NCBI GenBank assembly: GCA_031835245.2
Contig: JAVKOQ020000075.1
Location: forward strand, 1-64,000
DNA from: Balamuthia mandrillaris
Taxonomy: Eukaryota
Reading direction: 5' to 3'
DNA: 64,000 bases
The notes under the pieces were generated by a model. That model ran no database searches, was not told the DNA's origin, and was given only the letters and a program-made list of their open reading frames with translations. The position numbers and the translations under genes are program-made. This document shows, piece after piece, positions 12,044 to 25,215 of the stretch (position 1 is its first letter; each line of letters starts with the position of its first letter).

Positions 12044-13825
12044 TTGCTTATTTAGATCGCTGACTGGAACACTGTACAGGTAGAAACGTGGCTCCGTTTG
12101 TGGAGATGGAATGGGGCAGTGAGGCGTATAATATTATGTGGGAGATAAAGCGGCTGTTCGATCCGGACAACATTCTCAATCCAGGCGTTATTCTCAACAA
12201 GGATCCCGAAGTACACATGAAGAACTTGAAACCAATGCCTGCCGCCCACACTCTTGTCGACCAATGTATAGAATGTGGCTTTTGCGAGCGCAACTGTCCT
12301 TCTAGGGAGCTTACTCTCACTCCACGGCAACGAATTGTTGCATGGCGAGGTTTTTTTCCCCCTTTCTTCTTTCTTCTTTGCTGGACTCACGTTAGGTTTT
12401 TTTATGGGTTCTATAGAAATGGAACGTTTGAAAGCAAAGATTAGAGAGGCGCCTGCTATTGAAGATAAACAACGACTTGAAAGCTTTGAAGCTACCTTTA
12501 GGTATCAAGGAGACAGCACATGTGCTGCTGATGGCATGTGTTCCACTTCATGCCCTGTCAAAAGTAGGTTTATCTTACCCTTTCACTTGTTTCTCTTTCT
12601 AATAATTCTATGCTATAATACTTTCCTCTGCAGTAAATACAGGTGAACTTATAAAACTTCACCGTGCCTCCAATCGTACTCTGCGGCAAAATCAAATGGC
12701 GGATTGGGTGGCTGATCATTTCGACACCGTCACTACCACTGCCCGAAGGCTTCTTTCCGTGGTGGACGCAACCCACCGCGTAGTAGGCCCTGCTCCCATT
12801 CAAGCCATTTCTAAGCTGACCAACCGCTTGTCCGGCCGCATGCTTCCTGAATGGAACACAAACGTGCCTCGACCCGCTCCTCCAATCCCCAAATATTGCC
12901 TATTGCCACAACAGTCAACTGCAACAACTGCACCAGCAGAGAAGCTCAAAGTGGTGTACTTTCCTTGCTGTGCCAACAGAGTGATGGGACTGAAGCGAGG
13001 AGATGATGAACGGCAGTCGTTGTTCGAGAAGACAATTCAGGTCTTGGAAAAAGCCAACTGCCAGGTCATCGTTCCCCCAAAGGTAGAGGGCATGTGCTGT
13101 GGCATGGCCTTCGCCAGCAAAGGATTTCCCACCCAATCTCACCGCAAAACTCGCCAATGGGAACAAGAGATGTTCCAAGCTTCCAATCAAGGTCTATCTC
13201 TATTGCGTTTTCTTCTTGCTGTTGAATAAGTCTAATTTTCAAACAAACAGGAGAGTTCCCGATTCTATGTGATATGAGCCCGTGCGCCCATCACCTCAAA
13301 ACTCATCGCTCCAAACAGAAAGATTACCCCCAATTGAACCTGTATGAGCCCATCGAGTTCACAGAGCGTTATCTCTTCCCCAGACTGAAGCTCAAACCGC
13401 CAAAGGCGGGCAGCACTCTGGCCATCCACACGCCATGCAGCTCCAAACGCATGGGCCTGGAGGACAAGTTTCAAAAGTTGGCGGCCAGCATGGCGGAACG
13501 CGTGATCGACTCGCAGATCCCTTGTTGCGGAATGGCGGGAGATAGAGGCTTGGAGTACTCGGAGCTGCCCGCCTCTGCACTCAATCGTCTTCGGAGACGC
13601 CTTCAAAGGAGCACCGCGGAAGGAGGGAGAGGATGTACGGAAGGCTATTCCAACAGTCGGACGTGCGAGATCGGTTTATCTCAGCACAGCGGCATTCCCT
13701 TCCGTTCTATCTTTTACTTGGTGGACGAATGCACGGAGCCGCGCTTCCCGCCTCAAGCACCCACTAAAACGCCGGCGGAAAACGTTGCGGAATTCGGCGG
13801 GGCGGTAACATTGCGCCCCCTCTAG
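9702..13825 (+). CDS. FAD-linked, Fe-S-containing D-lactate/glycolate dehydrogenase (Dld-II / GlcD-GlcF fused type), probably mitochondrial; multi-exon
   Basis: YGTDASFYRL, FRAAGTSLSGQA, GPDPSSINSCMIGGITANNSSGMCCG, GSEGTLAF, GHARDGNLH, GSLKAEHGTGRN, 4Fe-4S CIECGFCERNCP and CAADGMCSTSCP, two CCG motifs; Arg-rich, acid-free N-terminus. Confidence 0.92.
11590..11797 (+). repeat. Intronic (CTCTCC)/(CT)n pyrimidine microsatellite
   Basis: About 200 nt pure C/T tract inside a dehydrogenase intron. Confidence 0.95.
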
Positions 13826-13901
13826 CCCTCCTTCATGTATCAAAAGCCAAATAATTGTCTCTAAATATCCACCCCTGATGGATTAAAAGTCACACAAGTG
13901 A

Positions 13902-14246
13902 GTAAACCCACAAAGGAAAGTTCTTGCGAGAATGCGGGGATGGGGTGGGCTAGAGGGCTACAGAAGCGCCCATCCACTTTCCCATCGGCGCGTCCCCATA
14001 CGGCTCCATCGGGCAACGCTACACAACAAGGTTCCGAAGAAGCATGTTGCGCGCTCGGAGGCTTGGACATCCAAGACCTGCACCTGGTGCCTCCCCGTGA
14101 CTCATGAGCAGAATGAAATCAACCGGCGGGAGCGGATCTTCGAAAGCGAGCATAGGGACTGTGGGATACGGCTAGACAGAGACGTATGGAGCACTACTGC
14201 CATACACGCCCCAAATGGGTTCCCTTGGAGTTTTCACGGTCCATGA
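13902..14246 (+). pseudogene. Fanzor/TnpB C-terminal remnant (RuvC-II E, zinc ribbon, RuvC-III D)
   Basis: LSHRR..LHNK..SEAWTSKTCTWC....RIFESEHRDCGIRLDRDV matches TnpB/Fanzor ExxTSKTCxxC..F.C..CG...DRD. The third Cys is S, the NAA motif is lost, and there is an in-frame stop upstream. Confidence 0.75.
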
Positions 14247-14275
14247 CAACGAGAGTCTTTATTTGTTGTGCCGCA

Positions 14276-15796
14276 TCAGTCGTTCTTTTCAGCGGCAGAC
14301 TGTTGCCGCTGCACTGGATGCCCATTGTCCTCGTTGGAGGAGTACCGGCGCAACGCGCTCCTTACGTGTGCAGAGTGCTCCCCAAAAGAGAAGGAAGAAG
14401 ACAAGGCGAGCAGTTTCTCAGCAGAAGATGATGAAGGGTTTCGTGGTGAGACAGGAAGGTTGCTGCTGCTTAAATATTTCTGTATCTCGGCCTCCACTTC
14501 GGACATAGGTCCCTCCGTCTTTTGCGTCAACAACCTTTTGATCATTTCCAGCTCCTCGTCCTTCTTTCTCAACAACTCCCGCTGTCTTTCCAGCTCTTGG
14601 GACAACTTCCTCTCTTCCTCCTTTTGTATCTCTATCAATGATTTGTGCTTCTCCAATTCTTGCTCCAACGCCACATCTCTTGGGCTCTTCCCTCCGTTTT
14701 CTTCTTCCACCACCACCGTCGGCATAATACCTGACCTTTTTCGGTCATCGTCCTTCCTAAGGATCATGCTGTTGCTGTTGCTGTTGCTGTTGCTGCCATT
14801 GCTGCTGCTGTCAAACAGGCTAGTCAATTGTTGCACCGTGGAGATGGTTGGCCGACGAGGTTTGGTTGCCTTCACGTAACCTTTAGACTCTATCACGTTG
14901 AACAACGGGCCAAAGGCACGACCATCAAAGCAAGGATTGGTGAGTCCCAGCTCCGGCGCTATCGTGTTTATCAACTCTACCAGAGAGTCGGAGCTGCTCT
15001 TTGTGTCGGGAGTGATGTAGAGCTCATATTTGCCGTTCTTGGAGCTCCGCATGATGCGTTGGTGGAACAAGCGGCGGTGCTTGTCGATAGTGGTGATGGT
15101 GAGGTTTCCCCCAGTGCTGCTCAGGCGCACCAAGAATGCACCTGGTTGTTTGTTACAGAGTCTTGTTTCAGCGTCTTCCACAGAGATCTTGCCATGGAAC
15201 CATCTGTTTGTTCAATTTTTGTTTAAGTTGCGTTGGTAAAGAGAAACTTAATATTTTGTTTGTAGATTACTTACTCTTGTCGACAAACGTTCGTGAACTG
15301 CGGAAATGAACGAAGTTAAAAAATTGAGGCACATTGAGAGAGCGTGTAAGAGCGAGTGAGAGGGCAGAGAGGGCAGGGATCTAAACCTTATCAACGATGG
15401 TCCCTTGGGAGTCTCTTTTGGCCATGGGACCAAACAAACGAAGGAAACTACCAAAGTTTTCACAAGAGATACTCCACGCTAATTCGCCAGACGCTAGCGT
15501 GAGATCCGGGTATCGCTCCGCTATTGTGATGTGAGAGTGAGAGAGAGAGAGAGAGAAGGGCTGTTAGGACAAATGTAGAATGGAGAGGAAAAGTAAAACG
15601 CACCAAGCATTAAGTTCAGACACAAATAGCCATGGTCATGTCTGGGGTCTATTAGTGGTTGATTTAAATCACGATAAAACTCCTCTACAAATGTTTCCCA
15701 GCTGACCTTGAAGGGATAATGATCTATCAATCGGTTTTCCTGTGTAGTTAGTCAGTAAACAGTCAGTGGCGATGATTAGTCAGTAAACATAAGAGC

Positions 15797-15829
<33 letters not shown>

Positions 15830-17322
15830 CGAGCGCAAGAGAGAGAGAGAGAGAGAGAGAGAGAACATGAAGGAGGGAATGAAAATCGGATGTGTACCAC
15901 ATGCTCTCGCAACCCACGCCATAACGTTCTTCCCTGTACATCCTCTATCATCATTTCTACAAATATTGCATCCAGGCGCTCTCTTATCTCTGTGAAGGAA
16001 GGTCTTTTGTTGCTTTATGAGACAGCTATCATTAGTTACAGCGGAAAGAGACAAACCGTTTGGTGTGGTCCTGGTGCCATGCCTCTTCGATGAGTGCCCG
16101 AAGTGAAGGAAACATATCGAGAGGCATAGGCGGACGGCGAGCTTTATGCACTACGTCCCGCATGTACTGTCTGGTTTCCTCATAAGGAACGCCAATGGTA
16201 GGAGATGTCCTTGTCATGATGCTCCACAGCACCACAGCATAGGCGTAAATGTCTGATTGCTCCGATGGTGGAAAACCTCTCAGTAACTCGGGAGACATCC
16301 AAAAGGGAGAGCCTTTCACTTTTGCGCTTGGCGGGGCTGATGGGTCGTGAGGCTCTTTGATACAACTGGAGTTATGAAAGGGCAAGGATAAGTATTCGCT
16401 CACACGTCGTACATTCATCGAGTAACAGTCTCCCTCGAAGCTAGGAAAAGAAAGAGCATTACCTGAAGCCAAAGTCGCAAATGGAGATGCAGAAATCGGT
16501 TTTGACCAACACGTTAGCTGGTTTGATATCTCCATGAATGATGGGAGGGTCCAACGAGTGCAGCCAATCCAAACCTGTCAATTGTGAAGATCACATTCAG
16601 CAAAAGTTCCAAGTGATGTTGCTCCTCTCTTCCTTCTTTCATTTCTTTTCTTTTGTTCAATTTTGCATTTGTTGGACTTCTCTTGTTCTATCGTCTCAAA
16701 CGAACCTTGTGCAATGTCTCGGGCGAGCTTGAACCTTTGTTGCCAACTGAGCTCTATTTGCGGGTCGTAGAGAATTTCTTCCATGCTCTTCCCTTCCACG
16801 TATTCCATCACCAGAGCCACTTCGTTTTCCTCCGTACACACTCCCATCAACATCAACACAAACGGATGGCGCAGTTGGCTAGGTTATTTTTTTTTTTTCG
16901 TTTGTTTTGTTGTTTAGATAGATGAACCTGTTTCGTTCTTTTTCGAAAACAAAACACAAAACGAACCTCATGATCTCTACTTCTTTTTTCAGTTCCAGGA
17001 GTTTGGGTCCACTCAAAGCCTGATTGTGGAGTTTTTTGACGGCGACCGTCTGGCCCCGACACTTGCCTTTGTAAACTGTGCCATAGCCTCCAGTGGCGAT
17101 GGTAGAAACGAGCTTCACTTCTTTGCCTTTGATGTGGGGTTCGTTTGTATTCTTTTTTTTCATCAATCAAATATTTCCATAGAGGGTTACGCAAGGGGTT
17201 AACGAAAAAAAAAAACTCAGCCGGACAAGTGGAAAAGGGGGAGAGAAACAAACATAAAAAGACTCTCTCTTTGTTGTCCTACACTAACGTACCCAAACAG
17301 CGAGGTCCGGTTGTGCTTCCAT
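14276..17322 (-). CDS. TKL protein kinase with C-terminal SH2 domain (Dictyostelium Shk-like) and coiled-coil tail; multi-exon
   Basis: IATGGYGTVYKG..VAVKKL, IIHGDIKPANVL, CDFG, GSPFWMSPE; SH2 WFHGKIS..PGAFLVRLS. Probable start MEAQPDLAVW. Confidence 0.88.
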
Positions 17323-17788
17323 TGCTGACAAAGCACAAAAAAAAAAAGGTAGCCTGCCACAACGACTTCTACGCCTTCTTCTCCTCTTCTCTCGCTTTCT
17401 TTTCTTTTCTTTTTGGTTGGTTTCAATTTGAACGGGAGATATTGTACAGTGTAAAATTGTGTCCAAGATTTTTGTCGGAAAATTCGTCATATTTTCGTTG
17501 GACAGCAGGCGCATCGGGAGCGGCTCCGTCATCGCGCCAGATCGTTTTCGCGCTGCCTGGCAACCAGGACATGAGCCAGGACAGGAGACAGCACCGAAAA
17601 AGGAAGCTGACGCCATCCACCATCGGAAAGGGAAGTAAGCTATATGATTACACCGCAATCTTTCCTCTCAGGCCATTACCCGCCTGAACGAGCTGCTGCT
17701 TTTTCCTTTAACTTTTTCTTTTAATCGAACGCAAGAAAGCCCAAAGAAACGCTTTATCCACAGCGCACGACAAAAAAAAACAACCACG

Positions 17789-18462
17789 ATGAACCTGAAA
17801 CTTCTCCTCGCCGTTGTCATTCTTGCCGCTGCCAACTTTGTTTGCTTTATTCTTTGGATCGCCGGATGGTTGCGCTTCCTGTTATCGGATTTCTGAACTT
17901 AACAAAAATACTAATTCTTCTTTTCCCCTCTTCTCTGTCAGGCCTGCCGGTGACTATTTTGAAGGCCAAGGCAAGCAGAGCGCCCGTTTCCTCTTCACTT
18001 GGGGCTTCTTCCTTGCCCTTCTCAGTGTCATCTCTTTCGCTCTCGCGTTGCTTCTTCCTCTTCCTGCCATTCAAAAATTCTTGCATTTTCTGGTTAGTTT
18101 GTGTTGCCTGTTTTGCCTTCTTGAACTCTTTTTTTAAAATGTCTCTTTTTCTCCACCAACAGTCGATCGCCGTTTCCGTCCTGTTCATTTCTTTGTTGAC
18201 CCTTGCCCTGAGTCACTCTCTCTCCGCACTGGAGACACCTGACTGCACTGACGATGGTGTTGACGAGGACCGTTGCAATGGTGGCAAGGTCATTTTCGTG
18301 TGCTCCTTCTTCTGGTTGTGGGTTCAGGTATATTCTCCCTCCCTCCGCCCTCCCTCCCCCTCACTCTCTCTCAACTCTAAATTACAATAATAGGCTGCTC
18401 AACTGACACTGAGCCTTTACTTGCTTCCTGGTCTCGTCTCCGAGTTCGCGACCGACCGCTAA
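17789..18462 (+). CDS. Small four-TM membrane protein of unknown function; 4 exons
   Basis: Spliced frame MNLKLLLAVVIL..WPAGDYFEG..SIAVSVLF..CTDDGVDEDRCNGG..EFATDR*; four hydrophobic segments; GT-AG introns. Confidence 0.7.
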
Positions 18463-18614
18463 AAACTATGATAAACAAGAAGAATGAGCTCCATTTTTTT
18501 TTTTTTTGAAAGCTCTATTATCACTTATGTTTTTTTTTTTTTTTTTTTTTTTTTGTAGAACATTCATTCTGCTGTCATTTTTAAAAGAAAAACTAAGGAG
18601 ACTTTCCTTGGTTG

Positions 18615-21532
18615 TTATTGTTTGAAGTCGGGAAGAAGCAGCATTGATGAGTCACTAGCATTTGCATCTCCATTCCCAGCTGGTTGTTGCTGTTGTTCGG
18701 AGAAGAGAGAAGGAGAAGGCAGCACGAAGAGGCTCTGCGGTGGGACAAGGTCTGTCAGCTCCACTTCGTAACGCTTAGCAAAGAGCGAGAGATGAGGTAA
18801 AGCAATGGGACCACATCGCAATGGCAGCAGCAACAATGTATGAGTGTAGGAAGCACGTGGCAACAACGTGAACGCAGCAAACTTGTCTCCCGAGCATAAG
18901 AGAGAGGGTCCGTGCTTCTTGGTTCCGCCAAGAGTGGGCATCCTCTTGGATGAGCTGTCGGAGGAGGTGGACGAGAAGGCATTGCCCTGTTGTTCCAGAA
19001 GACGAACCAGCTGTTGTTGCTGTTGAGGATCGAGACTGGCCTCTGGCTCCAGTTGTTGATGAGGAGGATGGTCCTGCAATGTCAGTGTCATTTCTTGGAG
19101 GAGGTTTGTGTTGTTCTCTATGGTCAGCTGGTAGGTGAAGAGTTGGCCCACTTCGGCGCTAGGAGGCGCGTCCACACGAACACTGAAGGGTGTTTGACCA
19201 ATTCTTAGTGCTGGGATATGGTCATGGATTACTGTGACGCTGCTGTCATCGTCATCGTCGTAGTCTTCTTGTTCTTCCGCTTGTCCTTCGCCCTCTGATT
19301 GTGCATGTGGGTCTACCACGTCTTTATTCTTTTCCAGCGTAGCTATTCTGCGGTGCTTGTGGCTTTAGAGGAGGTGGAAGGTGAGAAGAAAGAGAAAATA
19401 AAAGCGTAACTTTTTTGTCTGAAGAGATGGAGAGAAAGATGATTGAGAGAGAGAGCGAAGAGAGAATGTATACCGTTTCCATTCCATGGAAAACACACCC
19501 AGGTTCACGTTATCTCCTCCAACAAAAGGCACAACCTCGAACCAAAAGCTGTAGCGCTTGTTGTGATTAAAAACTATGAAGGAAAAAAAAAAACCAAGGC
19601 TTGGTGAACATCGGTTGACAACTGAAAAAAGACTTTTTAAAGAACAAAAAATACACACCTATTGTCTCCTTTTTGGTAGAAGATATAGGCAAGTAATCTG
19701 CTACTGGAACCAAGCTCTTGTTTGTGTTCTGTTCATGGCTTCGTCAGTTTCCAAAAGCAAGGAAATAATAAAAAAGCGAATAACACACCAACACGAGGCT
19801 TACGGATTCTACTGAGAGATAATAAGAGGTCGTAGGCTGAATGTCAACTTGAAGAAAGAACGGCTCGTTTACAGCCAGCTTTGATAGCGCAGGGATAGTA
19901 GAAGAAGGAGAGGTCGTATTTGTTGTAGCGGAAGATGAAGTGGAAGAAGACGAAGGATTGAAGATGGGTTGCAGATCTTTGGAGTAAAAGCTGTAATTAA
20001 TGTGGAACGGCTTTTGTACAGTAACTGAGACAGATTCCTGAAACGTCGTTTTGCTGCGAAGAACCGTTTCGTAGGACACTTGAAACTTGATGTTTCTCGT
20101 GCCAGGCGTTGGAAAGAATACATATACGGTCGTTCTGAAGGATGACTTGCTTGCAATCTCCTGAAACTCTATTTCTTGAACGGGTTCTTTAGTGGACCCT
20201 TTGCCAACAAAGAAGCCAATTTCTTCGGCTTTTATTAAGTGTTAGAATAAGTTCCCCAATGTTCAAAGGAAAAAATGAACGATAAAGAACGTAGAAAGCA
20301 GGAGGCCTACCATATGAGCCGTCAACTAAGAATGACAGCAAGCCAGACGCCTTTTCTTTCTCGTGATTTAGCACTTCCAGATGCATCGCATAAAATTCGT
20401 TTATAAGCGCTGGAGCTTGTTGAGAAACATTAACGCTGATTTCAGGTGCTAATGCAGTAATGCTGTAACGTTTATTTATATTTTGTTGTTTTAGTCTTAC
20501 ATTTTTGCTTGCAAGAAAAGGTATCGAAAATATAATAGAATTGAAAAAAGGACGTACTGCATTTTCGTTCTTTCAGGAGTTCGAGAGAGACTAAGTAGTT
20601 TGGAGAGGGTTGTCTTATTGTTGATTGCACCAGAAGAGAGTATTAAATCAGGTGTATCCCATCGGAAACATATGGAAGAGGATGGTCGCCCAAACTCCAG
20701 GAAAACATTTTTACACTTTAAGCGAGAGAAAAGAGAGGGAGAGAGAAATGTCAGTACACATTCTACCCGTATAAAGGTGAAAGAATGTGAAATGAACCTG
20801 CAACTCTGCTTTTTCCTTAGCGCTAAATTCAAACGAATACGTCCGTGCCACCCCCGGAAGCAGCAATAAATTCGAATATTCATCTATTTACGAATAAAAT
20901 AGCTTTCAGTATTTTTTTTAGCAAGAGGAGGAGAAGGATAACAAGCTTGCCTTGGAGAACAAGAGGACTTTCAGCAGATGCATCAGTGGCAGGCAACGGA
21001 TCCACCACTTGTATATCATAAATATTTTGGCTGAAACCAACCCGCAGTTTGTGAAAGCGGAGTGGAGATGGAAAGTTGGACAATAACATCACCTGGAAGG
21101 AAATAGTTTCTCCAACACACACTTTATCCTCGCAAAAATGCACCTTGCAAAAAAGTAAATAGCAAAACGGTTAAGAAAAACAAGGGAGAAAAGTTGATAT
21201 GAGAGCGAGCAAAACATATGAAGAAAAATAGAAAAGGATATCTAATGAGTCAGCAGGTGTTCGTTGCAAAGAGGCTTTCAACTCCGGTAGAGATAATGTA
21301 GAAGGGCTCTGCAGAAACAAAGAGAAGCAGCAAGAGGTAAGGCTACGAAGGATAGATGATCAAACAATCAAACAAACAACAATTTGTAAATCTCAAAAAG
21401 ACAAAACAAAACAAAACAAAACAAGAGAGGAACGAGAACGTACAACAAGGGCAGAAAGGAGCTGTGATTGAATCGTTTGTTTCTGCTGTATATTATAGCT
21501 CATATCTACAATAGCGAATGAGCAGAGAAAGG

Positions 21533-21578
<46 letters not shown>

Positions 21579-23050
21579 GGGTGGAGGGAGCGAAACGTAC
21601 TGGGACCCAATAGCTCGAGAGCATACTCAACAAAATCTTTAGTGAGACCCATCTGAAGGGCACACTGAGCCGCAGAATCCAGGGTAAAAGTGAGCAACTG
21701 CCACCATTTCTCATTCCGATAGTTCTTTGCGATATGGTCAAAAAAACTGAAAGAAAATGGTGAAATACAAAATGTGAATACAGAAACGAAAGTTTGATAG
21801 AAAACAAGATAATCGAAAGTTACTCTTTTGCATCTTGGTATTTGCCAGAAGCAAGATATTGGTGAGCCATCAGAGAGGCCAATTGAAGCATCACTCGGGA
21901 AGAGGAAATGCGTTTATAATGGGTATAAGCCTTGGTAAGTAAGCTTATTATCAATGATGCGTGATCCACTCGTAGTTCTTGAACGAGTGAACGATAGAGC
22001 TGATCCATTTCGCCGGGGACTTTGGATTGAGCACCTTGCAGCCACATGAACATTACGACATAAGTGGGGGAAAAACGAAGGAGAACAGAAGACAACGACA
22101 GCGTAAGGAATAGAAAAAGAAAGAGGCAAAGCGTCTAATGTATACCAGATTCAAGAGGATGGCTTTGGAAGACAGCAGGAACTTGTCCCACATATTTCTG
22201 TCTACTACGATCAATCCCTACCAGGGAGAACGACTCTGTATCTTGATATTGTGTGTATAACGGTGATCCTCTTATCGGCTGTGTTTTAGCGTTTGTTAAG
22301 AGATAGAACTAATAACATGCTGTTGCAAGCGAAAAAAGAGAACAGTACCTCACACAACTTCTTGGCAACATTTTTTCTGTCGATAGCATACCGAGCAGAT
22401 GCTTGGTAGTAAAATCCTGTAGTGTTTGTTAGCGAAACGAATGAATGAGTGAACGTATTTTTTTAAAAACAAATTGAGAGAGAGGGGGAGAGAGAGAGGG
22501 AGAGAGAGAGAGAGAGGGAGAAATTGAGGAGAGGAAGGAAGAGCAAAGAAAAAGGAGAGGAGTGGACAAGAAAGAAATATCAATAATAACAGTACGGACC
22601 AGGGAAAAACTTGCGGTCCTCTACAGATGCTAAAGAAGGGTTCTTTTCCAATAACTCCCCAAATACTTGGTACCTACAGCAAGAAAAAAAAAAACGGTGA
22701 GACACTGGAAACGATGAAAAACGAAACAAATGTAAGTCGTACTGCCGAGAGACCCATGCCCAATGCTCATATTCTTTCTCCGCAGCTCCAATTGATGACC
22801 GAAAAGCATGAATGTGTTTCTCAAATTGATTCACGGCGTTGTAGGCATTTTTTGCTTGAAACTGTAACTTGCAGAGCTACCGCATACAAAATAATGAGAA
22901 ATCGAAGAACAGGCAAGACTTTATGTATGCAATACCTTGAAGTTGATATAGTCTGCCACAATCTTCACCTCCATCATTCGCAAGCGGTCATCAGTAATTG
23001 CTCCAACGTTTTTATAGGCTTCCGTATAATACCTTTGCAGTGATAATGGG

Positions 23051-23089
<39 letters not shown>

Positions 23090-23360
23090 CGCATGTGTGA
23101 GACAACCATTACATTAACAAGTAGAGGAAAAGCTACTTTAAGGCTCCTTTGGTATCAGATCGAAACTCGGCAAAAAAGCCGATTTCGAAGCTATAACGAA
23201 CGAGCAGGGACTTTTGGACCGCTTTGTTCAGCTTCTCTTTTTGTTTTTTCTTCCGGTGGCTTAGTTCTCGATAGTGGATAGCTGCAAGAACTTGAACTGC
23301 CTTCTCTAACCTGTGTACATAGTGCCAAATAGAAAAGAGACCGTTGAGAAGAGTGAAATA

Positions 23361-23403
<43 letters not shown>

Positions 23404-23784
23404 CTTGGCCGATTCAGCCATGTCAGTTTTGGTGAGAAACACGATCTTTTTGGCGTCCAGATCAGCCCGTTTACGAAAGCCGTTCAACCTTTCGTCTATT
23501 ATCTCTGTAGTTGATATGGAGAAAGCGCAACGGTTAAATAGGGCACTTTGTGCAAAGGAGAGAGAGAGAGAGAGAGAGAGGGGGAGAGAGGGAGAGAAGA
23601 GAGAGAGAAGAGAGAGAGAGGAAGAGAGAAGAGAGAGTGTGAGAGAGAGAGAGAGAGAGAAGAGAGCGAAGAAAGAGAGAAAGAGGGAGGGGGGAGAACC
23701 AGAATGAGTTCGTTGCACTAGTGCTACAAGCGTTTTAATGTTTCTGGAGCGTAGCTTCGTTCTGGGAGGAGAAGGAGGAGAAAC

Positions 23785-23835
<51 letters not shown>

Positions 23836-24245
23836 GAGACATTAAAGACTTGAACCGCGCGAGGTAGAATGTACTTGGCTTTCTCCAAGAAGGCACAGAA
23901 CTCGGGTTCTTTCTCTTTCCACTTCTTTTCATTGGCCCACTCGCTAAAGATGAAGACAACAACGGCGGGCATCACTCTAGAGTTTTTGTACATCCAGTTG
24001 CCCTTTAGAATGCCAGGCTGGTCATCCATGACCACAGAGGGAGCCACGCTCTTTTGCTTCTTCTTCTTGGGCAAACCTTCCTCCCTCTCGGAGCTGAGGA
24101 TGTAGAAGATGGGTCGCTGGCCTTCATCAAAGAGGGAAGGCACTACGGAGAGGTTCTTTTGGAGGGCGGCATGGTATTTCTTCGCTCCCACGAGGCTCAC
24201 CACTGGCACTGGATCTTCCTTCAGCTCCTCCGGATAAAGGTCCAT
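18615..24245 (-). CDS. TRAPPC11: Trafficking protein particle complex subunit 11 (foie gras/gryzun); many exons, including one AT-AC and one GC-AG intron
   Basis: MDLYPEEL..PVPVVSLVG, GILKGNW..PAVVV, EVKIVADYINFK, QFEKHI..EHWAWVSRQY, VDHASLIISLLTKAY, YRNEKWW; C-terminal Ig-like region. Confidence 0.9.
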
Positions 24246-24689
24246 CTTTTCTGCTCCTCCCACTCACTGCAAACCAGAAGACAAAAAGGGCAGGCTTGCG
24301 AAGCGAAGATCCTCTTCTCCTCTCCCTTCTTTTATCCTCCACAATAATTATTGTGGCATTCTTGCTAAAATTTTTGTGGACGCGAAGCAAAAGTGTCCAA
24401 CCATTTTTAGGACAATTTCGCGCGCACTCCATTAGACAATCAGCAGCAAATCTTGCCTCTTGAAAAAAAAAATTTTGCGATAAATGTCGATAAACACTTT
24501 GCAAAAAACAAAAAAAAGGAACGCAGAAGAAAAAGGAACGCGACAAAGTAAAGTGTTTGTGGTAAGGGCACGCGAGAGAGAGAAGGAGCCCCTTCTGTCG
24601 TTCCTCTGCGCAACGAGCACGGGTCATTTATATTTATTTATTTATTTATTTACTTCGTGGAGTGGTGGCTTGGCACAAAGAAGAAGAAA

Positions 24690-25215
24690 ATGGAACATGG
24701 AGGAGCTTCGACAACGATGTACGAGCCGTTTCTGGACGAAGAAGAGGAGGACTACACCATCATATATCGCGGAGGGACTTCCTTCTTCATGGGCTTTTGG
24801 GACTGGCTGCGGAAAACGCGGTGGATAATCACCTCCAAGTACATTCAAAGGGAGACGGGGCGCTTCTCCAAAACCATAGAGTACTGCGAATTGTCTGACA
24901 TACGTGACTTGTCCTTTTCTCCCGGCTGCAGCGGCATTGGTGCGTTGCTTTTTTTTTCCCCTTTTCTCTCTTTGCCGCTTTTTTTTTCCTCTTCTTTCTT
25001 TAGGTTGTTAACTTTGTCCTTCTTTTGTTCAAACTGTTTTTTATCCACTGTTATATACAACAGGGCGGATTGACATCTACAAAGGCACTTTATCTTCTTC
25101 CCCTTACATGACCATCGTTGGCATTCCCAGCATCGAGCGGGTGTTCTCCAACCTCCGCGATGCCATCTCTGACTTTCAGTCCCGTTCCCAAATCAACGAG
25201 TTTGACGACCTGTAA
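24690..25215 (+). CDS. Small bacterial-PH-like (bPH_2-type) domain protein; 2 exons
   Basis: TRWIITSKYIQRETGRFSKTIEYCELSDIRDLSF..G|RIDIY..MTIVGIPSIERVFSNLRDAI resembles the bPH_2 pattern. Confidence 0.65.
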
